This document shows, piece after piece, positions 47,001 to 55,612 of a stretch of DNA of 64,000 bases. Each line of letters begins with the position of its first letter. The first letter of the stretch is position 1. Source of the DNA: a phage; the sequence record PZ347661.1. One strand, written 5' to 3'. Made by a program: the position numbers and the translations under genes. The notes under the pieces were generated by a model, which was not told where the DNA came from, did no database searches, and worked only from the letters and a program-made list of their open reading frames with translations.

Positions 47001-48848
47001 GTTAATGAAGCTATCCATAGACATGATGTTGTCATACATCTGGATTGCAGCTTCCATTTGAACGTTAGGGTCTTCAGCAGTATTAACCAGGTCAGCCATC
47101 TTCTGAATAGCTTCAACACGGTTAGTGGAACCAGAAACAGCTTCACGGATTGCAGGACTAGCTTGTTCCAGTTCTACTGGGTCAAACTTCATTGCCTGAG
47201 TTAAGTCAGCAGCATACTGAGTAGCAGCAGCTTTCTCTTCAGGAGAAATATCCATTGCATCTACTGCTTCCTGAACAGTTGCTTGTGCTTGTTCTGCCTG
47301 AGCAGTAGCTTCCTGTGCAGCAGCGTTAACTGTAGCATCTGATACAGGGGATGCTTGTTCATTACGCTTAGCAACTTCTTCTCCACGTTGAACCAGAATG
47401 TTAGTAATAGGTGAAGCTACTTTTGCTAATGCCTTACCAGCCAGAGAAGCACCAGCCAAGGTAGTACGTACAGCAGGACCAACGGCAGCACCAGCAGCCT
47501 TAACAGTTGCACCAGGAGCTTGAGCAACTCCAGCAGAACCGAAGCCGTACAGTGCACCCAGACCTGCTTGCTCACCAACACCTTTGAGGATGTCACGAGA
47601 TGCATCAACATTACCTTGGATTGCCTTGTTCTGTGCAAACTGACTTGTACCAGACTGGATACCTTCTTCTACAGTCTCACGCAGCATGTTGGAACCAGCA
47701 CCAGCCAGTGAACCTACCTTAAGTGGATTAAGTTCAAACTTGGATACCAATGGAGCAGTAAGAGCAGCAACTGGAGCAGTTAAACCAGCAGCAGTGATAC
47801 CTGTTTCAGATGCAGTCTGACGTCGTGCCTCTTCAGGAGTTAAGCCGTCTTTAATGTGTTGTTGGTATACAGGAGATTTAGCAGCCAGTTCACTGAATGG
47901 CATTTCCATAATTTCATTGGCAGTCTGTTGATATGCACCACCAGCTTCCATACCACCAATTGCTATAGCAGGTGCAGCAATACGACCAGCAGTCTGTGCA
48001 ATCCGTGCAGGACGTGAACCTAACTCAGCAGCTAAGGTAATACCCTTAACAGCTTTGTCCCCACCTACCATTACTTTACCAAGTGCGGATACACCACGGA
48101 TAAGTGGACCACCAGTGAAGAGAGAACCAACGCCTTCAGCCAGACCATCTGTAGCAGCCATGCCATTGGACAAGGTATTAGCAACAGAATCATAAGCATC
48201 CCGACCAATTCGAGACAGAGAAGCAACGAGTTCACTTTCTCCTTTAGCAATATCCTGCTTATAGAGTTTCTCATTTTCCTGTGCAGATATTACGTTCTGG
48301 TTCTGTACTACATTACGACGAGCATTCAGTGCATCAGACTGTAGGTTGTGTACACCTTTATTCAACCAGTCAAGACCGGAAGCAATGGATGCCCCGGCAT
48401 TATCATTGACCAAGCCTGTGCCAAGAGCAGCAATGCCCCCAAGGGTATTAGCAACACCAAGACCAACACCAGAAAGGGTATCACCAAGTGCTTCACCATA
48501 TGTGCGACTCTTAGTTAAATCACGACGAACAGCATTAGCTGCATTGACACGAGCATTGAGAATGTCCATTCCTTGCTCATTGCCATACTTGTTTACGATT
48601 TCAAGAGGGGAGGCATTAGTAAAATCTGCCTGAATAGAACCTGGGTCAAATGCACCAGCACCTAAGTCACCGGCACGTCCTGCCTGTAATTGGTAAGCGT
48701 TCTGAGAAGTTAATTGGAAAGGGTTTTGCCCTTGTTCAGCTTGTTTCCGAGAGGTTGCAGTAGAGACATCGACTTGCTTAGCAGTAGTGATGCTGTCTGC
48801 GAAACCTGCCAGACGGTCAAATGTTGACATAGCATGATTCCTGTTCAA
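38013..48848 (-). CDS. virion-encapsidated RNA polymerase (N4 gp50-like vRNAP, 3611 aa)
   Basis: Single giant ORF at the late-region position where N4 encodes its ~3500-aa vRNAP; internal KNPLTITIYGSGARG resembles motif B of T7-like single-subunit RNAPs. Confidence 0.85.
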   Translation of the reverse strand: MNRNHAMSTFDRLAGFADSITTAKQVDVSTATSRKQAEQGQNPFQLTSQNAYQLQAGRAGDLGAGAFDPGSIQADFTNASPLEIVNKYGNEQGMDILNARVNAANAVRRDLTKSRTYGEALGDTLSGVGLGVANTLGGIAALGTGLVNDNAGASIASGLDWLNKGVHNLQSDALNARRNVVQNQNVISAQENEKLYKQDIAKGESELVASLSRIGRDAYDSVANTLSNGMAATDGLAEGVGSLFTGGPLIRGVSALGKVMVGGDKAVKGITLAAELGSRPARIAQTAGRIAAPAIAIGGMEAGGAYQQTANEIMEMPFSELAAKSPVYQQHIKDGLTPEEARRQTASETGITAAGLTAPVAALTAPLVSKFELNPLKVGSLAGAGSNMLRETVEEGIQSGTSQFAQNKAIQGNVDASRDILKGVGEQAGLGALYGFGSAGVAQAPGATVKAAGAAVGPAVRTTLAGASLAGKALAKVASPITNILVQRGEEVAKRNEQASPVSDATVNAAAQEATAQAEQAQATVQEAVDAMDISPEEKAAATQYAADLTQAMKFDPVELEQASPAIREAVSGSTNRVEAIQKMADLVNTAEDPNVQMEAAIQMYDNIMSMDSFINRDPGALANLEQGSPAANIVDQFSGLMANVQNTPKVLRAFRAIHSMIQEQAEAGKLKATEEANQAQANNIAMAADVSPEVLDADSVNMVLKHASEGKITLGNRQRAALQSAAALLQGAREFDAKAEELGLRPQDIVSKQIKTDESRSNEGQYSALQHAKRIRSAYNSGNFDLASAYLDDFMKFAQHMQNKVGALNEHLISGNADKNKSVHYQALTPSREWVRSRTGLGVNPYDTKSVKFAQQVGLEAKTVADIANALATAYPELNVSHVKVTPLDSRLDKPAAQVVKEFRQGNLDAAQSQQTNEPVNQVDETPVTKQEPVTPTVQTKPSVSEAVKTEPTNKESKPQTVKEPENQSEKQDTVEQPTESERDSYVKENTISQDTLNKYGDRRESPWLFADGTVVGSNGDHISLSDVFGHDGYRDMSLDTGAIRSTFYKGSEQPFVSLQLFDNQKLTPEQFNTVQSFVEANNALIQIGVDTSGLNTNNVEKEEVSLAQLKADYTVGGKPLSGIETVFPVYNNDKTPNQFLKAFSLPEEPKSRTIGSESPLTDVKKALSSAARFEAFTQRENNALTSDVIKRYQDLFDFGETLKTTLSDRLAKFLANKNVGKRFAEGTEANRWVGGKLLNIVEKDGDTFKFNDQLLETAVLAGLQWRLTATQNAAIKDMQDVAAITGVNASLLPEGILAEFENAQTLVEATNSLAQKIESYWGLNRNADAPLGYTKGIPMAMATEILSSLIEMGEVKESMLDVSEIDPESNKTIGLYTIEKLDDNDAINKFPTAIEEAVLVEPEEKLYLGDDIPSVAPTQLRNPAVRNTPEQKAALKAEQATEFFVHTPMVQFYEALGKDRILELMGAGTLDKDLLNKNHAKSLEGKNRSVEDSYNQLFSVIEQVRAQSEDISSVPIHYAYNMTRVGRMQMLGKYNPQSAKLVREAILPTKATLDLSNQNNEDFSGFQLGLAQALGIKVHKMTRETMSEELTKALEGKLKPAVDMMVEFDKSGYLPADAVDILRTSLGNDKSFVALMALMEYARYLNSDDRANFNTPLYVEADGVTNGPINAMVLMTGGKFTPNWIKNTAKGGLFFGKAGKTMNEHHTQDDNVDLYEASTNSLQFHLNELRNTYSKNIPIINQMDHLQKLMDLFIKDFNLNEDGTLDLKRGIAKNPLTITIYGSGARGIAGKMVSAITDAIYERLSDVLKARAADPSISPAMAMFGKEAASEADAQAMLDTFLTSMEALTGKIPAKRKGRLFIKEVDGVLTGELNPQEFTVSGDALKNLQENMLHFFVEPMRQGIRFTVGEGLMHSTENLQKATQIQSLVLQDMFQQAVQAKLAEKEKDPTWKKGDFLTQKELNEIQNSLAPLAPMIKTGSQTFYIAGSENTDVANQVLATNLDDRMRVPMSIYAPSQAGVAGIPFMTIGTGDGMMMQTLSTMKGAPKNTLKIFDGMNIGINDITDASRKANEAVYTSWQGNPIKNVYESFSKFVKNVDLNKLSDSAIDAIAKSALDFEQRAHIARVDGDRDYKISMIRDSGIALIERNLRNIALGVDIRHKVMDQVQVTVDQMAAVGAPYVNNGKISLEGLTVDQQVAKLNELFDAELNKRREAVRAAKAEPTKAEPVKEVPVKVVPAMEKVGRVLKSGVRLLSNTAITKLAKEMSPEQQAVLKEIQKSLAAKDYKVVYGTPSQLDAYAIEKNITRPAPEDIEAAEAGNAYGWTNFEDKTIYLVTPSLETLVHELVHASTFESVLAHYEGTPNEAVQNIEDLMNQFRTLDVKDESPVVREAYADALNTINGHLSNGFIEPAMAKAAALNEYMAWGLTNRELIGKQKKTTALKAMAQAVYEAIKRLVFGRKKAPSNADDMFSGLLFNSAVVMRGQAPTAAVAKDTTLFHNKAYGNNTRLEELGKTFDKLITDYIGSEPVQQVIRKGKFSDAVVNATKVTRDVQAHGFTMNMQEQRLFTNIVAALATEAAINPAAMARAQEYYTHVTKNLTVESFMADPDSTNPADRYYAQQKFDTIMGANNIEFDAQGRSSLLPTFVGLAMVSEEVRKVLADIPVMKADKKSGNTVDAMLTNIGTAAMASLNARVAGDTKATNVQEGMDALAQTIMQTSLNAESFYDSVATPTGNAIDRANQYLVDSIDVLSTRALEGAREVAANTKNPLVKGAAHAAQLVAAIATEKNGSIVAEGVMAAMNQGKVWQPFHDLVNDIIGRTKSNASVYDLIKAVRAQVQADRQQFREHLPTTIASKFSRKLTNVEWKAMHTGMGKTDLAVLRDTMSLAEIRDLLSDQKIVDREVNKLEADLQKQAGRNWHLISRKSKQLAQYMINGTVGNNLLRNATAISRLLGERKTTRSVVDVAQLDKLITLYALEAMNKSDREMLSLLAQTEIEGMDFATSYLVGQRKDEMAKAKSDSRATLNQYKGYIPGENKQGVNLIVAEDNQFADLIEKSYVRLGTYQGSSANRGPARSYYFAPVQSQAPFSQGILQNVRNTAGGVDLGTGFTMGTMVAGRITDKPSVDRITKALARGERGNEPLLPVYDANGNVVAYEQSIDPNMLKHIEGENHLARAIGVWRGRQVEEAKAQRFNDMLIENLYSMYENDIKMSASNKSQYVNLLGSKLDPVTADALKLMNSETRQKAESLFGPGELWVRRDMLNDALGYRAASVGDAWSGNSRWSPETLDTFKKAMLGVFGNRAYKYVMGGENLVQNLVKEAKTLIVVKSVVVPAVNFLANLYQMVARGVPVKNIAKSIPQKTAEINQYLKSRLRQVDAEAELRAATNPNQIRKLKAEIQSITDSHKRLSIWPLLEAGEFSSIADAGIGRDDILITEGKLHEYMDKLADKLPKSVRNAGRYALITKDTALFQGIQKTVEYSDFIAKAIIYDELTKRKGKTREEALGRVTEEFINYDRLPGRFRGYMESVGLMWFYNFKIRSAKVAVSMIRNNPVHAAMAMLAPTPTMFGNVGLPIQDNIFSIAAQGNLGYSFGFGQGLRAHNLNPWLNLTN

Positions 48849-48892
48849 ACTTATATCGTATAAGAAGATTCACTGTACAGTAAGTGAATGTA

Positions 48893-48918
48893 AGAGAAAA
48901 GCCCCGGATGGGGCTTTA
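48893..48918 (-). terminator. intrinsic terminator between the 648-aa gene and the vRNAP gene
   Basis: On the - strand AAAGCCCC-ATCC-GGGGCTTT followed by TCTCTT. Confidence 0.5.
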
Positions 48919-48933
48919 TTAGTATGTAAGATT

Positions 48934-50880
48934 TTATCGAGGTTGCATATAGGGAGGTAAACCCTCTGCTAATTTTAGGTAACGTTTAGCACGTTCTTCA
49001 TCTTCACGACTACGTTCACGCTCTACTGAAGCATTAGAACGGAAGTTCTGTGGAACCAGGTTTCCTTGGTCAGCCACTACAGTATTGACAGCAGCATCTA
49101 GTGCAGCCCGTGCTCTTGCTAACTCAGCTTCACGAGCAGGGATAGTAGCAGCAAGCCCACTTTGCCCAGCAGCTACACGACGACGAGTATCAGCAAGTAA
49201 GGCTTCTGCTTGTGTTACCTGGTTCTGGGCATTAGCAATATTACCCTGTACCTGGGTAAGAACATTATCACGAGCAGTAGCTTCAATACCTTCCCCACGT
49301 CGTACCGAACGTGCCAGTTCTCTGGCAACGGTATCGTCAATACGAATTCCATTACCACCTTCCGGTGATTTCCCTGGTGTAAGCGCATCCCAGGTACGAC
49401 CGAGGATACCTTCCGGTACGTTGGTAATAGACTGCTTAAGAATCTCAGCAGCTACAGCAGGAGACTGTCCGGATTCCTGCATAACTTTATTCAGTCGAGC
49501 TATCATCCATCCTTTCTCAGAACCTTTGAAAGCATCCTTAAGAAGACGGTCTGCCACTTCACCAATGGTAGAATTATCACGCAATGCACGAGCATAGTTA
49601 GCAGTAATGGTTCCAGTATTATCTTCCGACTGACGTGCAGCAACTGTATTGCCTGCCATGTTTGAAACTACTTGCTGGGTCTGTAGCTGGTCAATAGGTG
49701 CACCTACTTCTGCCTGTGCAATTAACTGACGTGCTTCACTCCATGGCATGTCCTTATAACCACCCACACCCAAGTCAGGCAATGCTGCCCAAGTCTTGGA
49801 AAGGTTACCATTCTTACGGTCATTGAAGATTGCTTCAGCTATTTTGTCCTGTACTTCAGGAGTCATTTGCTGATTACGCCAACCTGAACCAAGTACTTTG
49901 GGGGCATAGTCTTCCAGAGTAGCTTTATTAATCTGGAATGCACCTACAGGAGAATGACCTTGTGATGGGTTATTAATCATAGTTTGCTGATGATTAGTAA
50001 CCTCTCCCAGTGTCATCTCGGTAATAGGCTTATCAGTAGCAGCAAAGGTATATGTTGCATCATAAGGGGAACCAGAACGAGTACCAGCAGTTCCTGGAGC
50101 AGAGCCAGAAGAAGACGTAGCATAAGTACCAGGGAATCTCTGGTTCACACCTCGCATGATTGCAGCACGTACACCAGGAGAAGCATTCTGCATAGCAGAC
50201 TCTGCCAGTGTAAGAGCATCCATAGGTGTGGAAGCACTACGGAAAATATCAGTCAGTATACCGGATGCAGCTTGCGAATCAGCATCATTACGCTGAGCCA
50301 CACCCAAATCAAAGCGGTTCTGTGCTTGGTTAATAGCCTGACCACCCTGACCTTGAAGACGACTCAGCATATCCAGTTGTTGGTCAGCAGGAAGTGCAGA
50401 CAGTGCCTCACGAGTCTGATTCAATGCAGCATTAACACGGTTCTGGTCACCAGACTGATAAGCCTCAGATAATAAACGGATAGCTGGGGATGCATTATCT
50501 AATGCAGAATCAGTATTCTGTAAACGATCAAAACGATATGCATTGTAATCATTAATTCCCTGCTGACCTTGTTGAGTCAGAAGAGTACCTGCTCGCTCAT
50601 CCAGATTCTGGAGGGTATGTTGGTTTACCAGTGATGGGTCAACTCCCTGGAACAATGCACCAGATGCCAAAGCATTGCGATACTCAGTAGGGTCTTGATA
50701 CTGCATAGCATTCATCATGACGGCATTGCCAGCCTCCTGCTTGGCAGCGTTCTGGAAGTTACCCAGTGCATCACTTAAGCCGGAGGTGGCGTTACCAATC
50801 ATGCTTCCAAATGTGCGAATGCTGTCACCAACTCCAGAAAAGTTAGGTGCATCAACATTACGCCATGTAATCTGAGCCAT
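48934..50880 (-). CDS. virion protein (N4 gp51 position, 648 aa)
   Basis: Large ORF in the late operon; role inferred from synteny only. Confidence 0.55.
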   Translation of the reverse strand: MAQITWRNVDAPNFSGVGDSIRTFGSMIGNATSGLSDALGNFQNAAKQEAGNAVMMNAMQYQDPTEYRNALASGALFQGVDPSLVNQHTLQNLDERAGTLLTQQGQQGINDYNAYRFDRLQNTDSALDNASPAIRLLSEAYQSGDQNRVNAALNQTREALSALPADQQLDMLSRLQGQGGQAINQAQNRFDLGVAQRNDADSQAASGILTDIFRSASTPMDALTLAESAMQNASPGVRAAIMRGVNQRFPGTYATSSSGSAPGTAGTRSGSPYDATYTFAATDKPITEMTLGEVTNHQQTMINNPSQGHSPVGAFQINKATLEDYAPKVLGSGWRNQQMTPEVQDKIAEAIFNDRKNGNLSKTWAALPDLGVGGYKDMPWSEARQLIAQAEVGAPIDQLQTQQVVSNMAGNTVAARQSEDNTGTITANYARALRDNSTIGEVADRLLKDAFKGSEKGWMIARLNKVMQESGQSPAVAAEILKQSITNVPEGILGRTWDALTPGKSPEGGNGIRIDDTVARELARSVRRGEGIEATARDNVLTQVQGNIANAQNQVTQAEALLADTRRRVAAGQSGLAATIPAREAELARARAALDAAVNTVVADQGNLVPQNFRSNASVERERSREDEERAKRYLKLAEGLPPYMQPR

Positions 50881-50892
50881 GATGGTTTCCTA

Positions 50893-51336
50893 TTAACGGG
50901 TTAATTTATTAGCTGCAATATAAGCATCAGCAGTAGACTGGTCACGGTTCTCTGCAACAGCACGACTACGAGCACGGTCTTCCAGTGCAGTGTTATAAGA
51001 CTTAATCTGGTTATTCAGGTTAGTGTTAGTAACACTCTTAGCAAAGTTCAACTGGTCTTTGGCTAACTTATTGGCCTGGAAACCACTATAGATATTAGCT
51101 AATGAACCAAGTGCACCCAGTCCTAACTGAAATGTGGGTACGTTCATACCCAACTGATTGGCCGAACCAGACATGAACGAAGTAGGGGCAGATGCACCCA
51201 AATTCGTACCCATACCAATAGCTGCACCTGGGTTATAGTTCATAGCCGGGGTATTAAAGTTCTGATTGTTATTAGACATCCAAGACATAGCTGCTGGCTG
51301 TGGGGTTTGGTTGCCTGTTAAGAATGACAAATCCAT
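50893..51336 (-). CDS. virion protein (N4 gp52 position, 147 aa)
   Basis: ORF in late operon; Asn/Gly/Ala-rich. Confidence 0.5.
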   Translation of the reverse strand: MDLSFLTGNQTPQPAAMSWMSNNNQNFNTPAMNYNPGAAIGMGTNLGASAPTSFMSGSANQLGMNVPTFQLGLGALGSLANIYSGFQANKLAKDQLNFAKSVTNTNLNNQIKSYNTALEDRARSRAVAENRDQSTADAYIAANKLTR

Positions 51337-51349
51337 GGGGATTCTCCTG

Positions 51350-53992
51350 TTAAACTAAGTCAGTATTAAGGGTCATGTCAGAGTAGTTACCTATCATGTC
51401 TAAAGACAGGTCGGCTATATCTGAACCAGTCATGAGAGTACGTGATAAGAATGAATCCAGTGACTCCATTGACACGAATTGCATTGGGTCAATTACACCC
51501 TGTCCAGCAGTACCAAACATTTCTTCATACTGCTTATTGATTTCCATCATATCAGTATTGTACTGCTGCATTACTTTCTCTGCTTTCTGAATAGTAGCAG
51601 CCGTAGATGCATTAATATACTGGCTAATACCATTACCTACTGAACTGGTAAGCTGCATGATGTTTTGGGCATTCATCATTTCACTTGCCAGAGCAGACAG
51701 AGATGTACCAGTAGACATAGCAGTACCAACATTCATAGCTACCATCGAAGCAACGGCTGCAATGATAAAGCCCAGTTTGTCTCCGAACAGTGCAGCAGAT
51801 ACTTTAGTGATAATGGATACCAGAATCATTCCAGCAATAGCGTTTGCTACAGCACCGACTATCACAGCAGCTAATCCAACAAAACCCAGAGATGCACCAA
51901 CTGCACCATATGCACCAAGTATACCTGCACCACCAGCACCAGCTGTAAATACAGAGATAACCACAGCGACCACTACAACAACAATCTTAAATGCCCCAGT
52001 CTGATACCACTTCTGCTTAACCTTCTTATATGAGTTCATCACTAAGTAGGAGCAGGCAGTAGATAACTGAGTACTTCGAACTAGTGACATGGAACGATAG
52101 ATGTTGGTGTGCAGTGGGATAATGAACCCACTCTCTTCTGCATCACCCATTGCTTCGGCTACATCAATGTGCACTGACTTATTTTTGTATACCCTGTTAT
52201 TGTGGTTTAGGCCCAGTACCCTGAGTTTACGGTAAGTGTCATTACCATCCTGCCAGAGTAACTCATACTCCTGCATAGAGTAGAATGTAGTGGTAACTTC
52301 CAGTTTGTTGTTAGTACCAGTGCGTATGTTCTTACGAGTAAGAGTTATATCCCCTGCATATCTGGATCGAAGTTGCCCTTGCTTAGCACCAGACCATGCT
52401 TGCCCCGAATGAGTAGTTTCAGATACATAGTTCCAGCCAATAGTCATGTCGTACTTGTACTGCTTATTGCTATGTACCCTAAACTCTCGCTTAGGTATAA
52501 CTGGGTATTCCGGCAGTGGAGGAGGTGTTCCAACAATCTGACCTTCCTGCCTGTTCCACCATTCTACATATGCATCAACTGCATCATTAGCTGCCTGATA
52601 ACCTGCAATTACTGCTTCCAAAGTCGGGTAGGTTGGGTCAGGTGGGAATGCTTCAGTAGCCATCTGAAAGAAACGATAGATATATTCCTTAGCAGTGTCT
52701 TCTGGAGTATTAAGAGATACACCGAATGTGCCGTAAATGTACTGAATATCTCCTATGTCATCATTCTTCTTAAGCTCTGTCACCACCTTATCAATTTTCC
52801 CACCAGTAGCTTTATAAAGAGCTTTCTTACAGTGTGGGTAGATTGAGTCATTCTCTACCCATTGCTTGTCATTCCTGATTGGAATGAATGGATAGAATCG
52901 GTTATCAGTAGCTTCGGTATTAAACAGTGAATCTAGTGCAACATTACCAGAGTTTTGCTTATAGATAAGCAATTTAGGTGTACCAACAGCAGTCATCTCA
53001 GTATCTGTACGGGTAGTCTGGGATGAGTACTTACGAACCAGTGTCTCTGTGGTTGTAGTAATTGTGTCAGTACGTGTAACACCACCACCTATATCAACTA
53101 CATTGGTAGTTACAGTAGTACTGGATTGAACCTCACCAAACTTTTTGTGGGTCATTACTCTGTCAGATACAACTACAGTCACATCATCAGGTTTCTCTGT
53201 AAATCCTCTACGATAAACCTTAACGTAAGAATTCCAGTTATCCACACTTGGTTCAGTGACAGTACTATCTTCATCCGGTCTGCCATCAGAGTAGACAGAA
53301 TGAGTATGTGTAGTCTTAGTAAGATTAGTTGTATTAGCTGTTGTATCACTTGATACAGTAGTCCATAACAAAGTGGAGGGTAAGTCACCCTCATTGTCAT
53401 AGACAGTAGTCGGCCCTACTACCGGAGGATTAGTATTAGGGGACTTGTAAAATGAGTAATAAGCATAGAGATATAAAGCACCTGGTTCAAAGTTAGTAGG
53501 TGTGAATTTAATAGTGGAACCTCCATCTAAGGAGGTCATAGTAATTTCATTGGTATCTTCATCAATATCTATGTCGAATCGTTCCATGATTCGACTTGGA
53601 GCATTCTCATAAAGATACTGGTCACACCATTGTTCAAAGTCAGCAAAGCCAATCTCTGCTGCCTGAACATAGACAGACTCTCCAGTAGGAGGTGTAATTT
53701 GACCCTCTATAACAGTAGGGTCAATCTTAGCCAACACACCTAATGAAGAACCAGCCATACCAACTTTTGAATCATAGTGATTCTTACTCCAGCTGGAGAA
53801 CAGTCGCATACGAATACCCGGCCCATTCAGATAACTATCAGAGATAGTGTCTGCCATAGTGAATCCTGTATTGGAAACAATGTTACCAATGACCACAGTT
53901 TTCATATAGTTAGGACGTTTATGTATATCCCCTGCCATGTTATAGACAGAGGATGCTACGTATACTTTGGTCTTCCCACTGAATAAGCCCAT
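51350..53992 (-). CDS. virion protein with C-terminal multi-helix hydrophobic region, possible ejection/channel protein (880 aa)
   Basis: C-terminal ~200 aa contains several Gly/Ala/Val-rich hydrophobic segments (e.g. FKIVVVVVAVVISVFTAGAGGAGILGAYGAVG). Confidence 0.55.
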   Translation of the reverse strand: MGLFSGKTKVYVASSVYNMAGDIHKRPNYMKTVVIGNIVSNTGFTMADTISDSYLNGPGIRMRLFSSWSKNHYDSKVGMAGSSLGVLAKIDPTVIEGQITPPTGESVYVQAAEIGFADFEQWCDQYLYENAPSRIMERFDIDIDEDTNEITMTSLDGGSTIKFTPTNFEPGALYLYAYYSFYKSPNTNPPVVGPTTVYDNEGDLPSTLLWTTVSSDTTANTTNLTKTTHTHSVYSDGRPDEDSTVTEPSVDNWNSYVKVYRRGFTEKPDDVTVVVSDRVMTHKKFGEVQSSTTVTTNVVDIGGGVTRTDTITTTTETLVRKYSSQTTRTDTEMTAVGTPKLLIYKQNSGNVALDSLFNTEATDNRFYPFIPIRNDKQWVENDSIYPHCKKALYKATGGKIDKVVTELKKNDDIGDIQYIYGTFGVSLNTPEDTAKEYIYRFFQMATEAFPPDPTYPTLEAVIAGYQAANDAVDAYVEWWNRQEGQIVGTPPPLPEYPVIPKREFRVHSNKQYKYDMTIGWNYVSETTHSGQAWSGAKQGQLRSRYAGDITLTRKNIRTGTNNKLEVTTTFYSMQEYELLWQDGNDTYRKLRVLGLNHNNRVYKNKSVHIDVAEAMGDAEESGFIIPLHTNIYRSMSLVRSTQLSTACSYLVMNSYKKVKQKWYQTGAFKIVVVVVAVVISVFTAGAGGAGILGAYGAVGASLGFVGLAAVIVGAVANAIAGMILVSIITKVSAALFGDKLGFIIAAVASMVAMNVGTAMSTGTSLSALASEMMNAQNIMQLTSSVGNGISQYINASTAATIQKAEKVMQQYNTDMMEINKQYEEMFGTAGQGVIDPMQFVSMESLDSFLSRTLMTGSDIADLSLDMIGNYSDMTLNTDLV

Positions 53993-53993
53993 A

Positions 53994-54836
53994 TTAGTTC
54001 AGCCCGTTGTTAGACTTCAGCTTGGTCAGAATGGTGTCAATACTTGCGTTAGTGAAGCCATTCGGTGGGTTCAAGCCTTCATCAATAGTCTTCTGTGTAA
54101 TCCATGCATCAGTAAACAGCTTAGATGCTTTAACTTCTGCATCACGTTGATAAGAAGTAATCTGTTGGGAGTACAACTCTTTCTGTTTACCTACAGAACC
54201 AGTAACAGTAGCACCATCACTACGGGTATCCAGTGTCTGTGCACGTTGTGCTTCGGTCTGCTCAGTAACCAGCTTAAGCTGTTGAGGTAACATCTGACTA
54301 GCATTAAACAATGCAGCACAGTATGTCTCAGACTCAGTAGCAATTTTCATCTTAGTAAGAGCATATTCACTCTTAGCAGATATTGCCTGAATCTTAGCCA
54401 GTACAAACTGAGCTTTAGAAGTAGCTAATGTAACGCGTGCAGTAACTGCCTGAATCTGTGCCAGTGCAGCAGCCCAGTATGCCTGGTCACGACCAAGTAA
54501 GAACTGAACAGCATTACTCATGCATGATTCCATCATAGCAATGTATGCTTTGGTATATTCACCACCTGTAATACGGTTAGCCTTAAACTCAGCTTTAAGG
54601 TGATTATGTGCAGACTCCATTAATGCATCAAACGTACCACTACCACCTACTTCACGGGTAGTAAGGGATTCATTGGTTACTTTAGAAATAGCACCAAAGA
54701 TTGGAGAACCATCTCCACCTGGGATATCCCATTCAGGGCCGGACATATCAATATCAGGAAGGGTAAAGTCATCACCCTTAGTTAACTCTTCTAGAAGTCG
54801 GTTAGCTTCTACCTCAGCAGAACAAGACATAATCAT
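53994..54836 (-). CDS. virion structural protein (280 aa)
   Basis: ORF in late operon. Confidence 0.5.
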   Translation of the reverse strand: MIMSCSAEVEANRLLEELTKGDDFTLPDIDMSGPEWDIPGGDGSPIFGAISKVTNESLTTREVGGSGTFDALMESAHNHLKAEFKANRITGGEYTKAYIAMMESCMSNAVQFLLGRDQAYWAAALAQIQAVTARVTLATSKAQFVLAKIQAISAKSEYALTKMKIATESETYCAALFNASQMLPQQLKLVTEQTEAQRAQTLDTRSDGATVTGSVGKQKELYSQQITSYQRDAEVKASKLFTDAWITQKTIDEGLNPPNGFTNASIDTILTKLKSNNGLN

Positions 54837-54847
54837 TCCTCTTGGTT

Positions 54848-54886
54848 CAAAAAGAAACGGCCCACGGAGTTACCCCAGTGAGCCGT
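54848..54886 (-). terminator. terminator-like hairpin
   Basis: On the - strand ACGGCTCAC-loop-GTGGGCCGT (one mismatch) followed by TTCTTTTTG. Confidence 0.45.
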
Positions 54887-54906
54887 GTTGAACTGTAGCT
54901 TATACG

Positions 54907-55545
54907 TTAATCGTTAAGGCTACCAGCAGCAATCTGTGCTTGAGCCAGTTGAGCTAATTCAGCTTCAGTCAACGGAGGCAGTACTTCAATGGAGAACTCA
55001 CGTGCTTCTGTTGCACGGATGTCCGGTAAGCCATTCTTACCTTTACGAGTAGTAATGTTAATGAACTTACGTTCTTTAAGAAACTCGTAGATACAGTACG
55101 GAATATGATAACCATTGTCGGTCACTTCACCGAATGGAACAAACTTACGTACAGTACCCATATATTCGTTAGCTACGGTGATAATCTCACCTGGCAGGTC
55201 TTTCTTCTTCGGATCAAGGTTCTGGATACGTACACGAATCAGTCGAGTCTGTTCTGCACGAATCTTCTGACCCAGGGTCATCTTCTTAACACCAGATTCT
55301 TGGTTAGCACCCAGTGGGTTAACAGCAGCTTCTACTACTGGTTCATCTTTTACTTGTGCAGCTTCAATCTTCTCGCGAAGCTTCTCAACGGAAATGTTGT
55401 TAGAGAACTTGATATTCATCAACGTTGCACGTTGCTTAAGAACTTCAAGTTCGCTAGGCATTGCAATATCGTTAACGGTATCTTCGTTGCCCTGTACGTT
55501 CACTTCTACGTCAGTGGTCGGTTTATCGTTAATGCTCATGTTCAT
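54907..55545 (-). CDS. virion structural protein (212 aa)
   Basis: ORF in late operon. Confidence 0.5.
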   Translation of the reverse strand: MNMSINDKPTTDVEVNVQGNEDTVNDIAMPSELEVLKQRATLMNIKFSNNISVEKLREKIEAAQVKDEPVVEAAVNPLGANQESGVKKMTLGQKIRAEQTRLIRVRIQNLDPKKKDLPGEIITVANEYMGTVRKFVPFGEVTDNGYHIPYCIYEFLKERKFINITTRKGKNGLPDIRATEAREFSIEVLPPLTEAELAQLAQAQIAAGSLND

Positions 55546-55575
55546 ATTTCCTGTGGTTCATTTAGTTTTATTAAG

Positions 55576-55595
55576 AGGGGGACTTATGTCCCCCT
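55576..55595. terminator. GC-rich hairpin downstream of the major capsid gene
   Basis: GGGGGAC-TTAT-GTCCCCC; T tract is on the + strand side, so - strand terminator function is uncertain. Confidence 0.4.
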
Positions 55596-55612
55596 TGTTT
55601 TATTTCGGACTA

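Noticed and set aside
38061-48633. Many + strand ORFs of 60-170 aa inside the vRNAP gene region
   Set aside because: All are antisense to a single continuous 3611-aa ORF, lack RBSs and have low-complexity composition; they are frame shadows of the vRNAP gene.
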